Shown here: piece after piece, positions 26,387 through 36,181 of the stretch
How the letters are laid out: the number at the start of each line of letters is the position of its first letter
Position numbering within the stretch: the stretch's first letter is position 1
Source: an uncultured Gemmatimonas sp.
GTDB taxonomy: Bacteria; Gemmatimonadota; Gemmatimonadetes; Gemmatimonadales; GWC2-71-9
Direction: 5' to 3'
Assembly: GCA_964619465.1 (NCBI GenBank)
Contig: CAZUES010000001.1
Coordinates: 198,730-262,729, forward strand
DNA length: 64,000 nt
The notes under the pieces: generated by a model
Seen by the model: the letters and a program-made list of their open reading frames with translations, nothing else
Database searches by the model: none
Told to the model about the DNA's origin: nothing
Position numbers and translations under genes: made by a program

Positions 26387-26932
26387 CTAGTGAGTCATGG
26401 TGCCGCGCGCGAGGCCAAGGTGGTGCGTGGTGTGGTGAGCATCGAGGGCCAGCCAGCCGATGACGCCGAGTCCGCGCAGTTTGGTCACGGCCTTGGTGTC
26501 GGCCGGCGTCGCGGCGCGGAGAGCTATCCGTGCTCCTGTCGCCACAGGCGTGACGGTTGCCCGAAACGGCGACTGCGCGTTCATGAACTCCGCGTGGTTG
26601 CGAAGCATGCTTTGGATCGAGGCAACCGTCCGTCCGGTTCCCGTCACCTCCGCATCGATCCCGCCGGGAACGGTGCGGGTAGTGATCACGCTGCGCAGCG
26701 TCACGTCATCCATGTCGAGCAGGTGCTGGCGGAGTCCCTCCAGATCGACCTTGCTCCAGTCCGTCTGTGGGTCGCTTTCCAGGATGCGGACCACTTCGGC
26801 CAGAGCGGCAAAGGCGGCCTGCCCGCCTTCCTTGGCTTCGGTGCCGGGGTGAGTCATCCCGGGGGTATGCCGATGGTTTTGCGCGGCGAGTGGTGCGGCT
26901 GCCATCAGGGTCAACAGGATCGTCGCTCGCAT
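26387..26932 (-). CDS. Secreted His/Met-rich hypothetical protein
   Basis: Signal peptide MRATILLTLMAAAPLAA, then QNHRHTPGMTH; GGQAAFAAL.E...DWSKVDLEGLRQHLLDMD; C-terminal HHTTHH...MTH. Confidence 0.75.
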   Translation of the reverse strand: MRATILLTLMAAAPLAAQNHRHTPGMTHPGTEAKEGGQAAFAALAEVVRILESDPQTDWSKVDLEGLRQHLLDMDDVTLRSVITTRTVPGGIDAEVTGTGRTVASIQSMLRNHAEFMNAQSPFRATVTPVATGARIALRAATPADTKAVTKLRGLGVIGWLALDAHHTTHHLGLARGTMTH

Positions 26933-27152
26933 AGTCTGCACCTCGTATGGTCGTGATGGGCTGAGAGTGTCGATGCTGGCGGAGGCAGGTAAGGCCCGCA
27001 CCTTGAGGTGTTGGATCCGAGTGATCCAGGGTTAAGACAGCAATATATCGTGCCTCATGTCGAGCCTGAAATGAGAGGATGCTGGCATGGCTTTCGGCGG
27101 CCTCGCCGCGTCGGGATCTCCACTCAGCGGAGTGACACGGTCGATTCGGGGA

Positions 27153-28103
27153 TCAATTGCCGATGGTAAAGCTGACGCGCTGCGAGACCAGCATTGGAAC
27201 CGGACATCCGCGCACCAGGGCCGGGCGATATTCACTCGCGAGGATGGCATCGGCCGCGGATCGGGCGAATTCGATCGCGACGGGGTCCGCCGACCGACGG
27301 GTGCCGACGCTGATGTGCGCAATCTGGAGCGAGAGGGAATCCGCCCGGCCGTCTTCGCGCACGATGTACTGCAGGTCGATCCGCGCGTGTTCACGTCGCC
27401 ACTGCATGGCACGGGGGTACTTCGGGCGTTCCATCCGGAGCGACTCGACCAGTGAGTCGCCCTTGTAGATTCGCACGCGCGATTGCGCAATCGGAATGCC
27501 GCGCGTGGGCGCGCCTGCTGTCACGATGATCGATAGTGAGATCGGGTCTGGCTTTGATTGTTTGACCCAGGCATCGATTCGCACCGGCCGTTGCTTGGCC
27601 AGTCGCTGCGCTGCCGCGATGAGTGCCTCGTCGATAGCCGGAATCCCTGAAGTGGCGGCGGGTCGTCCATCGGACTTGATCGGAGGGTAAAATGTACCAC
27701 TTAGCCTGAGGGACGTGCTATCGGGGGCATTGCCGAGCTGATTGATAATGACGACGGGCCGAACCTGGACGTCGAGCTGACTGGGCGCCTGATAGTGTTT
27801 CAGAAGGGCGTGAAGGTAGTCGGTTGCTTGCTGCCGAACTCGAGGGTTGCTGTCGCTATCCTGCGGGATGGCGAGCGAAACCACCATCGGAATCGTCATA
27901 GTGGCATCGGTCGTGTCGAATGCGCACACAGCCGGTTTGGGCCGTAGTGGTGGCGTTGTTTGGCCCGATCCAGTCGAGGGCAGGACGACACCGCACACCA
28001 GTGAGACGGCGACGATCGACCAAGCCGGCGGGAGTCGGTCATTGAACCAGCGCGGCACGAACCGGTCGCTCGTCGGATTTTCTATCGGCCGCATGCGGTT
28101 CAT
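27153..28103 (-). CDS. TonB C-terminal domain-containing protein
   Basis: N-terminal TM. C-terminal PKYPRAM...IDLQYIVREDGRAD...YRPA...G.PV...VSQRVSF fits TonB_C. Confidence 0.65.
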   Translation of the reverse strand: MNRMRPIENPTSDRFVPRWFNDRLPPAWSIVAVSLVCGVVLPSTGSGQTTPPLRPKPAVCAFDTTDATMTIPMVVSLAIPQDSDSNPRVRQQATDYLHALLKHYQAPSQLDVQVRPVVIINQLGNAPDSTSLRLSGTFYPPIKSDGRPAATSGIPAIDEALIAAAQRLAKQRPVRIDAWVKQSKPDPISLSIIVTAGAPTRGIPIAQSRVRIYKGDSLVESLRMERPKYPRAMQWRREHARIDLQYIVREDGRADSLSLQIAHISVGTRRSADPVAIEFARSAADAILASEYRPALVRGCPVPMLVSQRVSFTIGN

Positions 28104-28753
28104 TCCTGTCGAGTCAGACGGAGATGATAGTTGAACGTCCCGGTAAGGTAGTGCTGGGTGCGTCGATTCTCGGTGCGAGCAATCGTGTTACTCATGACCA
28201 CTTCGAACGCTCCGGTCCTTTTGGGAGCCCAGGCCACTGCCAGGCGAACGGCCCCGGCCGTGCGATCGCCGGCGTAGACTGGGGCCGGGGCCCCTGGTAC
28301 TTCGATGCCGCAGGTACAGTCGATAGGCTTGAAGGTACGGGCGGCGAATCCGGTTCCGGCCATCAACCGCAAAGGCGACCCCTCGGTTGGTCGCACCCAG
28401 AAGCTCGTGCTGACGAAGGCAAGGCGAAAGTCCTGCTTCGATCCGACAGGGCATCCCGCTCCCGTGCAGGTTGCGGCGGGGCGAATCGTGAGGGGCGTCC
28501 GAAATACCAGTGTTCCGTCGATCTGCCCACCGATGCGGTTGCCGGAGACGGGAAGATGGAGGCCTAAGTGGAGCCCGGGAGCGGTGGCAAGATCGGCGTC
28601 CCAACCCGACACTTCGAGTCGCCTCAGCGGGTGGACGATCCCCGCCCCGACGACGAAAGCGGGATGACCAAGCTGGGCATCGAGCCGGGTGTTCCAGAGG
28701 CCAGCCAGCAGGGTGGCCGCGCTAAGCGTCGCCAGCCGTGAAGAACGGATCAT
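28100..28753 (-). CDS. Putative outer-membrane beta-barrel protein
   Basis: Signal peptide, alternating hydrophobic/polar strands and aromatic-rich C-terminus. ATGA overlap with the TonB-like gene. Start at 28753 is inferred. Confidence 0.5.
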   Translation of the reverse strand: MIRSSRLATLSAATLLAGLWNTRLDAQLGHPAFVVGAGIVHPLRRLEVSGWDADLATAPGLHLGLHLPVSGNRIGGQIDGTLVFRTPLTIRPAATCTGAGCPVGSKQDFRLAFVSTSFWVRPTEGSPLRLMAGTGFAARTFKPIDCTCGIEVPGAPAPVYAGDRTAGAVRLAVAWAPKRTGAFEVVMSNTIARTENRRTQHYLTGTFNYHLRLTRQE

Positions 28754-28885
28754 CCTGATACGATAGCGGGTGATTCGATCTCCGGCTGTGTGCCATGTCA
28801 CAACGGTTGGCAGGCACCCCTTGGTGCCCGGACCTGGGGTGCGTTCCGGAGCCGTAGATGTCGATGAACGGGTATCTTTGATCCT

Positions 28886-29518
28886 ATGCGATATGACCTT
28901 GTTTCATCCCTCCGCCTCGTGGCCGTAACCGATGATACGGTGCTGGCCGGGCGAGATCTCGTCGAGGCATGCGCAGCAGCTGTGTCCGGCGGGGCGACCA
29001 TGGTTCAATTGCGGCTCAAGCACACCTCCGCCCGTGAACTGGTTGGCCTCTGTCGAGCGCTGCTGGCGCGTGTGACCGTCCCGGTGCTCGTCAATGATCG
29101 CTTGGATGTGGCGTTGGCAGCCGGGGCTCATGGCGTTCATCTCGGCTCGGATGATATCGAGCCTGCCCGAGCGCGGACCGTCGCTCCGCCCGGGTTCTTC
29201 ATCGGGGCGTCCGTCGGTACCGAGGAGGAGATTGCCCGCGGGCTCGAGACGGATTATTGGGGCATCGGTCCCTGGCGGGTCACCCGGACCAAGGCGGATG
29301 CGGGAAATGCGCTGGGTGAGAAGGGCTTTGCCGACCTGGTGCGTCGCGCGAATGGCAAACCCTGTGTTGCAATCGGAGCAGTCGATCCCGACGACGTCGT
29401 ACCGGTTATGGCTGCCGGCGGTACCGGGGTGGCGGTCGTGTCGGGAATCTTTGCCGTGGCGGATATCGAAAGCGCCACTCGTCGGTACACTGCCGCTTTG
29501 CAGGCTGCCGGCCGGTAG
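28886..29518 (+). CDS. thiE: Thiamine-phosphate synthase
   Basis: VQLRLK, VNDRLDVALAAGAHGVHLGSDD, DYWGIGP, TKAD, VAIG, GVAVVSGI. Confidence 0.93.
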   Translation: MRYDLVSSLRLVAVTDDTVLAGRDLVEACAAAVSGGATMVQLRLKHTSARELVGLCRALLARVTVPVLVNDRLDVALAAGAHGVHLGSDDIEPARARTVAPPGFFIGASVGTEEEIARGLETDYWGIGPWRVTRTKADAGNALGEKGFADLVRRANGKPCVAIGAVDPDDVVPVMAAGGTGVAVVSGIFAVADIESATRRYTAALQAAGR

Positions 29519-29589
29519 TGACATGCGCAGCATGTGTAAGGTTGGCCGTCTGATCTTCCGGCGTTCGGCGAGTCTGCTCGGCAAGGATA

Positions 29590-32500
29590 TCAGTGAAAGT
29601 CGTGCGAGGTGAATGCCAACGATCGCTTCGGCCGGATCTGCTTGATTCGCTCGGCGATGACATGGACCACCGGCCCGTCGCGCTGAACGGTGCCGGTGAC
29701 GAGCAGGAATCGAGCGTGCCGCGCTGCCTCCCGTGACGCTTCATCCAGGTCGGGGCGTACGATCACATTGAGAAAGCCGTCTTCGTCCTCGAGCAGGACG
29801 AAGATCACGTCCCCGGCACTCGGGGGTTGCTGACGAGTCACCACCAGGCCTCCCACGAGCGCCGGGGCTCCGTGTAACGCTGCGGCCAGTGTGCGGCTGT
29901 CGATCGCCCCTGCCGCCTGCAACCGCGAGCGCAGGTGCTCGACCGGATGCCCCTCCAGGCTCGATCCCGTGGCGAAATAATCGAGGAAGATCCGCTCGGT
30001 GCGGCCGAGCGCCCTCGGGTGATGGGGTGCCGCGTGCGACGGCGCGAGCGGCATCGGTGTTCCCACGTGGCGGATCGCTTCCCAGGCGGCTTTCCGCCGG
30101 TCCGCTTCCCAGACGCCGAATGCCCCGGCACGCGCCAGCGCGATCGCATCCCGGCGCGTCGTTCCCGCGCGACGGATCACATCGGCGATGCCGGTAAATG
30201 GGCCAGCGGAGCGGGCCGCATCGAGAGCCTCGACGGCTTGCGTTTTGATGCCGCGAATGAAGCGCCAGCCGAGGCGGAGGAAATGATCCGGTTCGGTACC
30301 TTCGATGGTACAGTCGGCGGCGCCCAGAGCAAGGCAGGGTCCGGTCACCCGAACGCCATGGCGCTTGGCGTCATGGATCAGGGTCGCAATGGGATAGAAG
30401 CCCATCGGCTGCGCATTGAGGAGCCCCATCAGCAGCTCGGTCGGATAGTGACACTTGAGATACGCCGTCGCATAGGCAATCAGCGCGAAGCTCCAGGAAT
30501 GTGACTCCGGGAATCCGTAATTGGCGAAGCTGGTCAGGTCCTCTCGAATTTGTTCGGCAACGTCCTCGGTAATTCCGTTATCGATGAGTCGACATCGCAG
30601 TTCTTCCAGTGCCGCTTCGAGCTTGGGCAGCTTGCGGATATGTCCCATGGTGCGGCGAAGCAGGTCGGCCTTCGCCGGGGTATATCCCGCAAGGGCAATG
30701 GCGATGTTCATGGCCTGTTCCTGAAAAATCGGAATGCCCTGCGTCCGCTTGAGGATCGGCTCGAGCTTCGGGTGGAGATAGGTCACCACTTCCTGGCCCC
30801 GCCGGCGTCGGGTATACGGTCCGACGAACCGGGCCTGGATCGGTCCGGGCCGGACCAGGGCGACCTGCACCACGATGTCGTAGAGATGCTCAGGTTTAGT
30901 GTGCAGGATCGAGGCGATCTGCGCCCGGCTCTCGATCTGAAAAGTGCCGATCGTCTCACCTTTGCTGATCAGTGCGTAAGTCTTCTCGTCGTCGGTCGGC
31001 AGGTTATACATCTCGAGGTGCCGACCGGTGCGCGCCTCGACGGCTCGAAATGCCTTCCGGACCACCGTCAGCGCACCAAGGCCAAGGAAGTCGAACTTCG
31101 GAATGCCGAGATCGTCCAAGTCGTCTTTGTCGAACTGGATGATGGTCCGCCCCATCGATGTAGTTTCGATCGGGAGGTAGTTCCCGAGCGGGGCGGAAGA
31201 CAACACGAACCCGCCAGGATGGGTCGAACGCAACCTGGGCAGATCCTGGCAGGCGGCCACGATGGCGAGGACAGCCTCGGCGCGCGGTTCACTCAGATCG
31301 AATCCCTGGGCCACTGCCAGTCCTTCCCGCAGTTTTTTCACGCCCTTCACGCAATCCGCCCGGTGGAGGCGCTTCGAAAGCCCGAGCGCAAGCTCCACAG
31401 GATAACCGTAGGCGCGCATGGCATCCTGGATGGCGGTGCAGGCGCTGTAAGTCTGCGTAACAGCCGTGAGCGCTGCCTGGGGTCGCCGATATTTAGCGTA
31501 GATATACTCGAGAACTTCTTCTCGCCGGGAATGTTCGAAGTCGACGTCGATGTCCGGCGCCTCCGTCTTGCCGTCGACCCGCGCTTCCGAGAGGAATCGT
31601 TCGAAGAGCAGTCCCTCTCGCACCGGGTCGATCGGTGTGATGCCCAGGCAGTAGGCGACCGTCGAATTGGCAGCACTGCCTCGGCCCTGAGCCAGGATGC
31701 CGAGCTTGTGCGCATGATGAACTGCATCCCACATCACCAGGAAAAATCCTGAATACCCCAGATCCCTGATGATGCGGAGCTCATGCTCGAGTTGGGCGCG
31801 GTGCTTGTCGTTATAGTCCTTTCCCCAGCGCAGCTTCGCTCCCTCGAACACCAGATGCTCCAGGTAGGAGTCGTCACCGTCGTAACCGTCCGGGACCGCG
31901 AACTTGGGAAGGGGTGGGCGGATCCAATCCCGATCGAAGACGCATTCTCGAGCGAGCCGGACCGTCGTTTCCAGGCCGGCTTCAGCCCCGCGGAATCGTT
32001 TCGCCATCGTCTTCGGATCGATGAGACTCCACTCCCCGTTGGGGTGCAGCAGGCCTCGCGCAGTCGCATCGGCTACGGTGGTGTCGTGGCGGAGTGCGGT
32101 GAGCGCATCGTGAACCAGGCGAGAACCTTCGTCGAGGTAACGAGGGTTCCTGGTCGGAAACCAGGGTACCCCGCGTTGATGGGCCAGGGTAACGAGCGCT
32201 CCCGCCAGCGCCTCTTCGGAACGGCCCGCCGAGTGAAAATGGACCTCGACGGCGACACGGTCGCCGAAGGCGGATCGATAGCTGGCCAGCAGGTGATCCG
32301 CCCGTTCGAGTTGTCGGTGCAGCAACGCCTGCGCCAGCGCACCTGACGGCGGTCCGGTGAGGAGTTGCAGCCCTGCGCTTTGCTCGGCCACATCGTCCCA
32401 ACGGAGCCGCGGGCGGCCTCGCGTGGCCGTGGTGCGATCCCACTGCTCCAGCGGGCCGACCCGCGCCTTGGTGATCAGAGCCGCCAGATTGTTGAAACCG

Positions 32501-32751
32501 GTGGCATCCCGAACCAGGAACGCGAGCGGGTAGCCGTCGACCAGCAGCTCCGCACCAACCACCGGATCGATCTCGGCTTGCTTGCATGCCACCAGAAACT
32601 TGACGATACCGCCCAGGTCGGCCCGGTCCGTCAGTCCAATGGCATGGTACTCGAGTTGCTTGGCGCGATCGACCAGAGCTGCCGGCGTTACGGCCCCATC
32701 GCCGAAGGAGTAGGCGGACAGGGCACGGAGTTCGACGAAAGGAGCTTGCAT
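29590..32751 (-). CDS. dnaE2: Error-prone DNA polymerase III alpha subunit
   Basis: Degenerate PHP (ELRALSAYSFGDG), GRGSAANS, APDIDVDFE, THPGG, KFDFLGL, QIESRAQ, YGFPESH and C-terminal SAGDVIFVLLEDE; follows imuA-imuB. Confidence 0.95.
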   Translation of the reverse strand: MQAPFVELRALSAYSFGDGAVTPAALVDRAKQLEYHAIGLTDRADLGGIVKFLVACKQAEIDPVVGAELLVDGYPLAFLVRDATGFNNLAALITKARVGPLEQWDRTTATRGRPRLRWDDVAEQSAGLQLLTGPPSGALAQALLHRQLERADHLLASYRSAFGDRVAVEVHFHSAGRSEEALAGALVTLAHQRGVPWFPTRNPRYLDEGSRLVHDALTALRHDTTVADATARGLLHPNGEWSLIDPKTMAKRFRGAEAGLETTVRLARECVFDRDWIRPPLPKFAVPDGYDGDDSYLEHLVFEGAKLRWGKDYNDKHRAQLEHELRIIRDLGYSGFFLVMWDAVHHAHKLGILAQGRGSAANSTVAYCLGITPIDPVREGLLFERFLSEARVDGKTEAPDIDVDFEHSRREEVLEYIYAKYRRPQAALTAVTQTYSACTAIQDAMRAYGYPVELALGLSKRLHRADCVKGVKKLREGLAVAQGFDLSEPRAEAVLAIVAACQDLPRLRSTHPGGFVLSSAPLGNYLPIETTSMGRTIIQFDKDDLDDLGIPKFDFLGLGALTVVRKAFRAVEARTGRHLEMYNLPTDDEKTYALISKGETIGTFQIESRAQIASILHTKPEHLYDIVVQVALVRPGPIQARFVGPYTRRRRGQEVVTYLHPKLEPILKRTQGIPIFQEQAMNIAIALAGYTPAKADLLRRTMGHIRKLPKLEAALEELRCRLIDNGITEDVAEQIREDLTSFANYGFPESHSWSFALIAYATAYLKCHYPTELLMGLLNAQPMGFYPIATLIHDAKRHGVRVTGPCLALGAADCTIEGTEPDHFLRLGWRFIRGIKTQAVEALDAARSAGPFTGIADVIRRAGTTRRDAIALARAGAFGVWEADRRKAAWEAIRHVGTPMPLAPSHAAPHHPRALGRTERIFLDYFATGSSLEGHPVEHLRSRLQAAGAIDSRTLAAALHGAPALVGGLVVTRQQPPSAGDVIFVLLEDEDGFLNVIVRPDLDEASREAARHARFLLVTGTVQRDGPVVHVIAERIKQIRPKRSLAFTSHDFH

Positions 32752-32759
32752 GCGATGCG

Positions 32760-34094
32760 TCAATCCCACCATCCGGCCAGGACCCACTCCTCCTCGGCCC
32801 GGTTCCGATAGAGCAGGACCATGACGCCGTCGCCGCGGACACCGGTGTAGTAGTCGCGCTCGAACCGTTCGTCGCCGAACCCGCCCGTGATTCTATCCGG
32901 ACCTACCGTGGTCATGAACTCGTGATGCTGCCGATTGTCGCGGTATCCCGTCGGAATCAGGTCGTCGCGCCGTGTCGTCGTGGTCACTTCGACCCGTTGC
33001 ATGGCCGTCGGCTGCTGGAGCGTTAGGCGGGGCGTGCCGGTTCCGGTCAGCATCAGGCCGTCGGCGTTCGGCTCTGCCACCTGCCCGCTGAGATCCGGAA
33101 CCCAGGCGACTCGTCGCTCGGGAAGGGGATGCTCGGTGTATCGAGGCGTCACGACCGCATTCCCCTGCTTGTCGAGCAGCTGAGCCAGCGCGGTGTCGGC
33201 GGCCCCGGCGGTGGCAAAGCCGGCATCGAAGAGATCGCCCTGGCGGTGACCGACGGCCACAGCGGCTTTGACCTCGAGGGTGATCCGTGTGATGCCTGCC
33301 GTGAGTGCCAGGGGCTCGAGTGTCGCCCGGGTCACCCGCGCCCAGGTGGCCCGGTCGGCGGTGGGCGACGAACAGTGGATCGGCAGTGTCGCCCGGCTCT
33401 GATCGGCCAGATGGAAGGTCAGCTCCATGAGATGCGCACCTTCCGAGCGACGGATCAGCTCGTCACAGACCGAGATCAGGAGTCCATTCACCACGAACAA
33501 CGCCTGCGCCTCGGCGGCGAGTTCGTAGTCGACCCATTCGAGTTCGGCAAAGGGATGCTTTGAACGACGCGCGCCGAAGATGAGACGCGGGTCATCGGCA
33601 CGGGCCAGCTTCCAGAGCCGGACCCCGTCGATGCCGAGCCGGACTTCGACCGATTGGAGATCGAGGGCGGCAAGATCGCCGCAATGCTCGATGCCGACGC
33701 CATCCAGCAGCGACGCGAGGGTCTGATCCGGCCAAAGCGCGGCCACGGGAAACGACGCCAGAAAAGACCGATCGGAACCCGATGGCACCAGAGTGAGCCC
33801 CGGCAGATCGGCACGGGTCATCTCATGTCCGGCGCCGTACCGAGCTGCTATCTCGGCAGCAATCGGAGTCGTGGCCGTCCCGACGCGGGTGTCCGCCAGT
33901 CCGGCCCGATGCGCAGCTGCCAGGAGCTTCCGCCCGATCACGAGCGCGTCGAGGCTCCGGATATCGGCCCAGAGCCTGCTCCGCTCGGGTTCGACCGTGA
34001 TCCGAGGCGCGATGCGGAGCGCCCGCGGGACCAGCTCAGTCGAGCTGGCCGCGCCGGTCGGCCAGTGCGGGGTCCAGAGACAGGCGAAGCTCAT
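32760..34094 (-). CDS. imuB: ImuB (Y-family polymerase-like, catalytically degenerate)
   Basis: Y-family-like N-terminus without an obvious catalytic acidic motif, LDGVGIEHCGDL, PDRITGG...RDYY and C-terminal GWWD; located between imuA and dnaE2. Confidence 0.85.
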   Translation of the reverse strand: MSFACLWTPHWPTGAASSTELVPRALRIAPRITVEPERSRLWADIRSLDALVIGRKLLAAAHRAGLADTRVGTATTPIAAEIAARYGAGHEMTRADLPGLTLVPSGSDRSFLASFPVAALWPDQTLASLLDGVGIEHCGDLAALDLQSVEVRLGIDGVRLWKLARADDPRLIFGARRSKHPFAELEWVDYELAAEAQALFVVNGLLISVCDELIRRSEGAHLMELTFHLADQSRATLPIHCSSPTADRATWARVTRATLEPLALTAGITRITLEVKAAVAVGHRQGDLFDAGFATAGAADTALAQLLDKQGNAVVTPRYTEHPLPERRVAWVPDLSGQVAEPNADGLMLTGTGTPRLTLQQPTAMQRVEVTTTTRRDDLIPTGYRDNRQHHEFMTTVGPDRITGGFGDERFERDYYTGVRGDGVMVLLYRNRAEEEWVLAGWWD

Positions 34095-34767
34095 GTGCGG
34101 CAACCTCGAGCGTGAGAATGACGGCGCGCGACCATCCGGAAGTCGTCGCACGGATTTCCAGTGCCACCCGGTCGAGACGTGCCGGCTCGCCGAACGGCCC
34201 CAACGCCCACTGGAACCGGCTCGGGAGAAAGCGGGAACGGAGTTTGAGGGTGGCCCCCTGGGTCCGTTCCGAGAGCGCGATCAGGACGCCCTGGCCTTCG
34301 TGTACCATTCTGGAGAGCCTGAGCATCTCCTGGGGTTCGGGGGTAACGCCGGTCAGGACGACCAGGGGGAAGCCTCCCGAACGCACCAGGATCTCGGCCG
34401 CCCGGACTGCCAGGGCGTCATTGGCCGGCCGGACCACGGTCGGCCCGTTGGCCCAGGCCGGTCCTAGGGTTCGCCGTCCGTCGACCCAGGCCACCCGTTC
34501 TCCCCGGGCCAGCAGGTGGTCGCAGGTGGCCCGGAGCAGGGCGGTGGCGCCCCCGGAGCCGGACGACCAGACCGAAACTCGACCGCGAGGCAGCCCCCCG
34601 TTGGGCAGGATCTGGTCGAGCGCCGAAACTCCCGTAGCCAGGCTCGGTCTGACTTGCTCGGCGAGGGGGAGCGCCTCGGGAAACCGTGCCGCCAGGATGG
34701 CCCGCAGATGGCTGGTACGCCGATCCGCCGGCACGGAGGCCAGGGCGGTGGCGGCTGAACGGGCCAT
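34036..34767 (-). CDS. imuA: ImuA / RecA-like accessory protein
   Basis: TGVSALDQILPNGGLPRG, GATALL, RVAWVD, EILVRSGGFPLVVL; first gene of the cassette. Confidence 0.85.
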   Translation of the reverse strand: MARSAATALASVPADRRTSHLRAILAARFPEALPLAEQVRPSLATGVSALDQILPNGGLPRGRVSVWSSGSGGATALLRATCDHLLARGERVAWVDGRRTLGPAWANGPTVVRPANDALAVRAAEILVRSGGFPLVVLTGVTPEPQEMLRLSRMVHEGQGVLIALSERTQGATLKLRSRFLPSRFQWALGPFGEPARLDRVALEIRATTSGWSRAVILTLEVAAHELRLSLDPALADRRGQLD

Positions 34768-34802
34768 GTCGAGGGGGCTCCAGGAGGCGACCACAAGAGA
34801 AT

Positions 34803-34819
34803 ACCGAAGAAAAACCGAA
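34803..34819. promoter_or_regulatory. ACCGAA-N5-ACCGAA direct repeat upstream of imuA, candidate SOS-type operator
   Basis: Perfect 6-bp repeat with 11-bp period in an AT-rich intergenic, 36 bp from the imuA start. Confidence 0.45.
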
Positions 34820-34869
34820 AATCAAGACTCGAGCACTTTGGCGCTTTTTGGTGCTATTGTTTTTGCTCC

Positions 34870-35673
34870 ATGTCTGCCTCCAGCCGTCGAGTCCGGATCT
34901 ACCTCGCCGCGACCTTTGCCATTACCTGGGGCGCGTGGTGGGGACTCGTCTTGATTGCCCGTGCCGGCATCTCCGCGTTCGGTGAGCCGCTCTTCATGAC
35001 CCTCTACCTGCTGGGCGGATTCGGGCCGACCATCGCGGCGTATCTCGCGGTTCGGGCAACCCGGGATGACGCCCCGCTGGCCGAATTCCACGGTCGCTTG
35101 TTGCGCTGGAGGGTGGCGGGGCGCTATTGGCTGATGGCGCTGGTCTTCCCCTTCGTGCTGGCGGGACTGATCGTGCTCGGTGTGCTCTGGTGGGAGCCGG
35201 CTGTCCGGAGCGAACTTGTCCTCAGGCCCTGGTGGATGGCGCTGCCGCTGCTGCTCGGCATGGTCATCGGCGGTGGGCTCGAGGAACTGGGGTGGCGGGG
35301 TGTTGCGCAGCCGGCGTTCGATCGCCGTTTCGGGAAGTGGCCGGCGGTTTTCCTGCTGGGTTCGATCTGGGCGGTGTGGCATCTGCCGCTCTTCTCGATG
35401 CCGGGGACGGGGCAGTTCGGTACCCCCTTTCTCCCGTACTTCATCTCGACCGTCGGGATGGCTGCCCACTTGGCGTGGCTCTACCGCCGGACCGAAAGCA
35501 TCCTCTGCTGCATCGTCTTCCATGCAGCCGTCAATGCCGCGTTCGGGCTCGGGCTGGTGGTGAGCCCTGAGCGGACCGGCCTGCAGTTGGCCGCCGGCGT
35601 ATTCGTGTTGCTGGTCGGGCTCGGTTTGTTGCTGACTGATCGGCTGAGGCCAGCCGCCGCGTTGCGGTCCTAG
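34870..35673 (+). CDS. CPBP family intramembrane glutamic endopeptidase (CAAX protease-like)
   Basis: EELGWRG, WAVWHLP, FHAAVN; multiple TMs. Confidence 0.9.
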   Translation: MSASSRRVRIYLAATFAITWGAWWGLVLIARAGISAFGEPLFMTLYLLGGFGPTIAAYLAVRATRDDAPLAEFHGRLLRWRVAGRYWLMALVFPFVLAGLIVLGVLWWEPAVRSELVLRPWWMALPLLLGMVIGGGLEELGWRGVAQPAFDRRFGKWPAVFLLGSIWAVWHLPLFSMPGTGQFGTPFLPYFISTVGMAAHLAWLYRRTESILCCIVFHAAVNAAFGLGLVVSPERTGLQLAAGVFVLLVGLGLLLTDRLRPAAALRS

Positions 35674-36005
35674 CTTCTATCTGCCGAGCTGGCGTTGTCG
35701 GGGTGCCAGCCCAGCCCGTCGAGAAAATCCGTGGTGCCGGGTGGGCCGGTTACCACGAGGCGGTGGGGTTCGGGGCGGGGGCCGACCCGAAGCTCGAAGC
35801 GCAGGAACGGGCAGCACTGGGCCTCGAGGCGAATCAGTTCCAGCAGATCCGCCAGCAGCGACTCGTCGTCGCCAAAAGTGAGTTCGAGGCCGTTCGGCTG
35901 TGCCGTTGCCCGCTCTGCTCGTTGTCGCACCGAGGCGAGCAGTCCGGATTTCCGTCGTTGCAGTTCGGGGTCGGAGAGGGCGCAGGCCAACGGTATGTCG
36001 CTCAC
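35670..36005 (-). CDS. Small hypothetical protein with Cys and vicinal CC motif
   Basis: (V)SDIPLACAL...LIRLEAQCCPFLRFEL. GTG 36005 is inferred as the start. Confidence 0.65.
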   Translation of the reverse strand: MSDIPLACALSDPELQRRKSGLLASVRQRAERATAQPNGLELTFGDDESLLADLLELIRLEAQCCPFLRFELRVGPRPEPHRLVVTGPPGTTDFLDGLGWHPDNASSADRS

Positions 36006-36181
36006 GGGGGTGCTCCGGGTCGAGTGCCTGGCAGGATAGCCGGTCGAGTCTCTCTCCGGCAACGTCATGGCGACACGCTGCTTTTTCGCCGACTGCGAAA
36101 TCTCTTGCCATGATTCCGGGATCGTAGTAGCGTCATGCGCCGTCCCCCGACAACTCCCCAGCCATTCGACGAGGCCTGCCC

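Noticed and set aside
28802-28885. Possible TPP riboswitch upstream of thiE (GGGGTGC present)
   Set aside because: The conserved CTGAGA and ACCTGA elements are absent and the region is too short.
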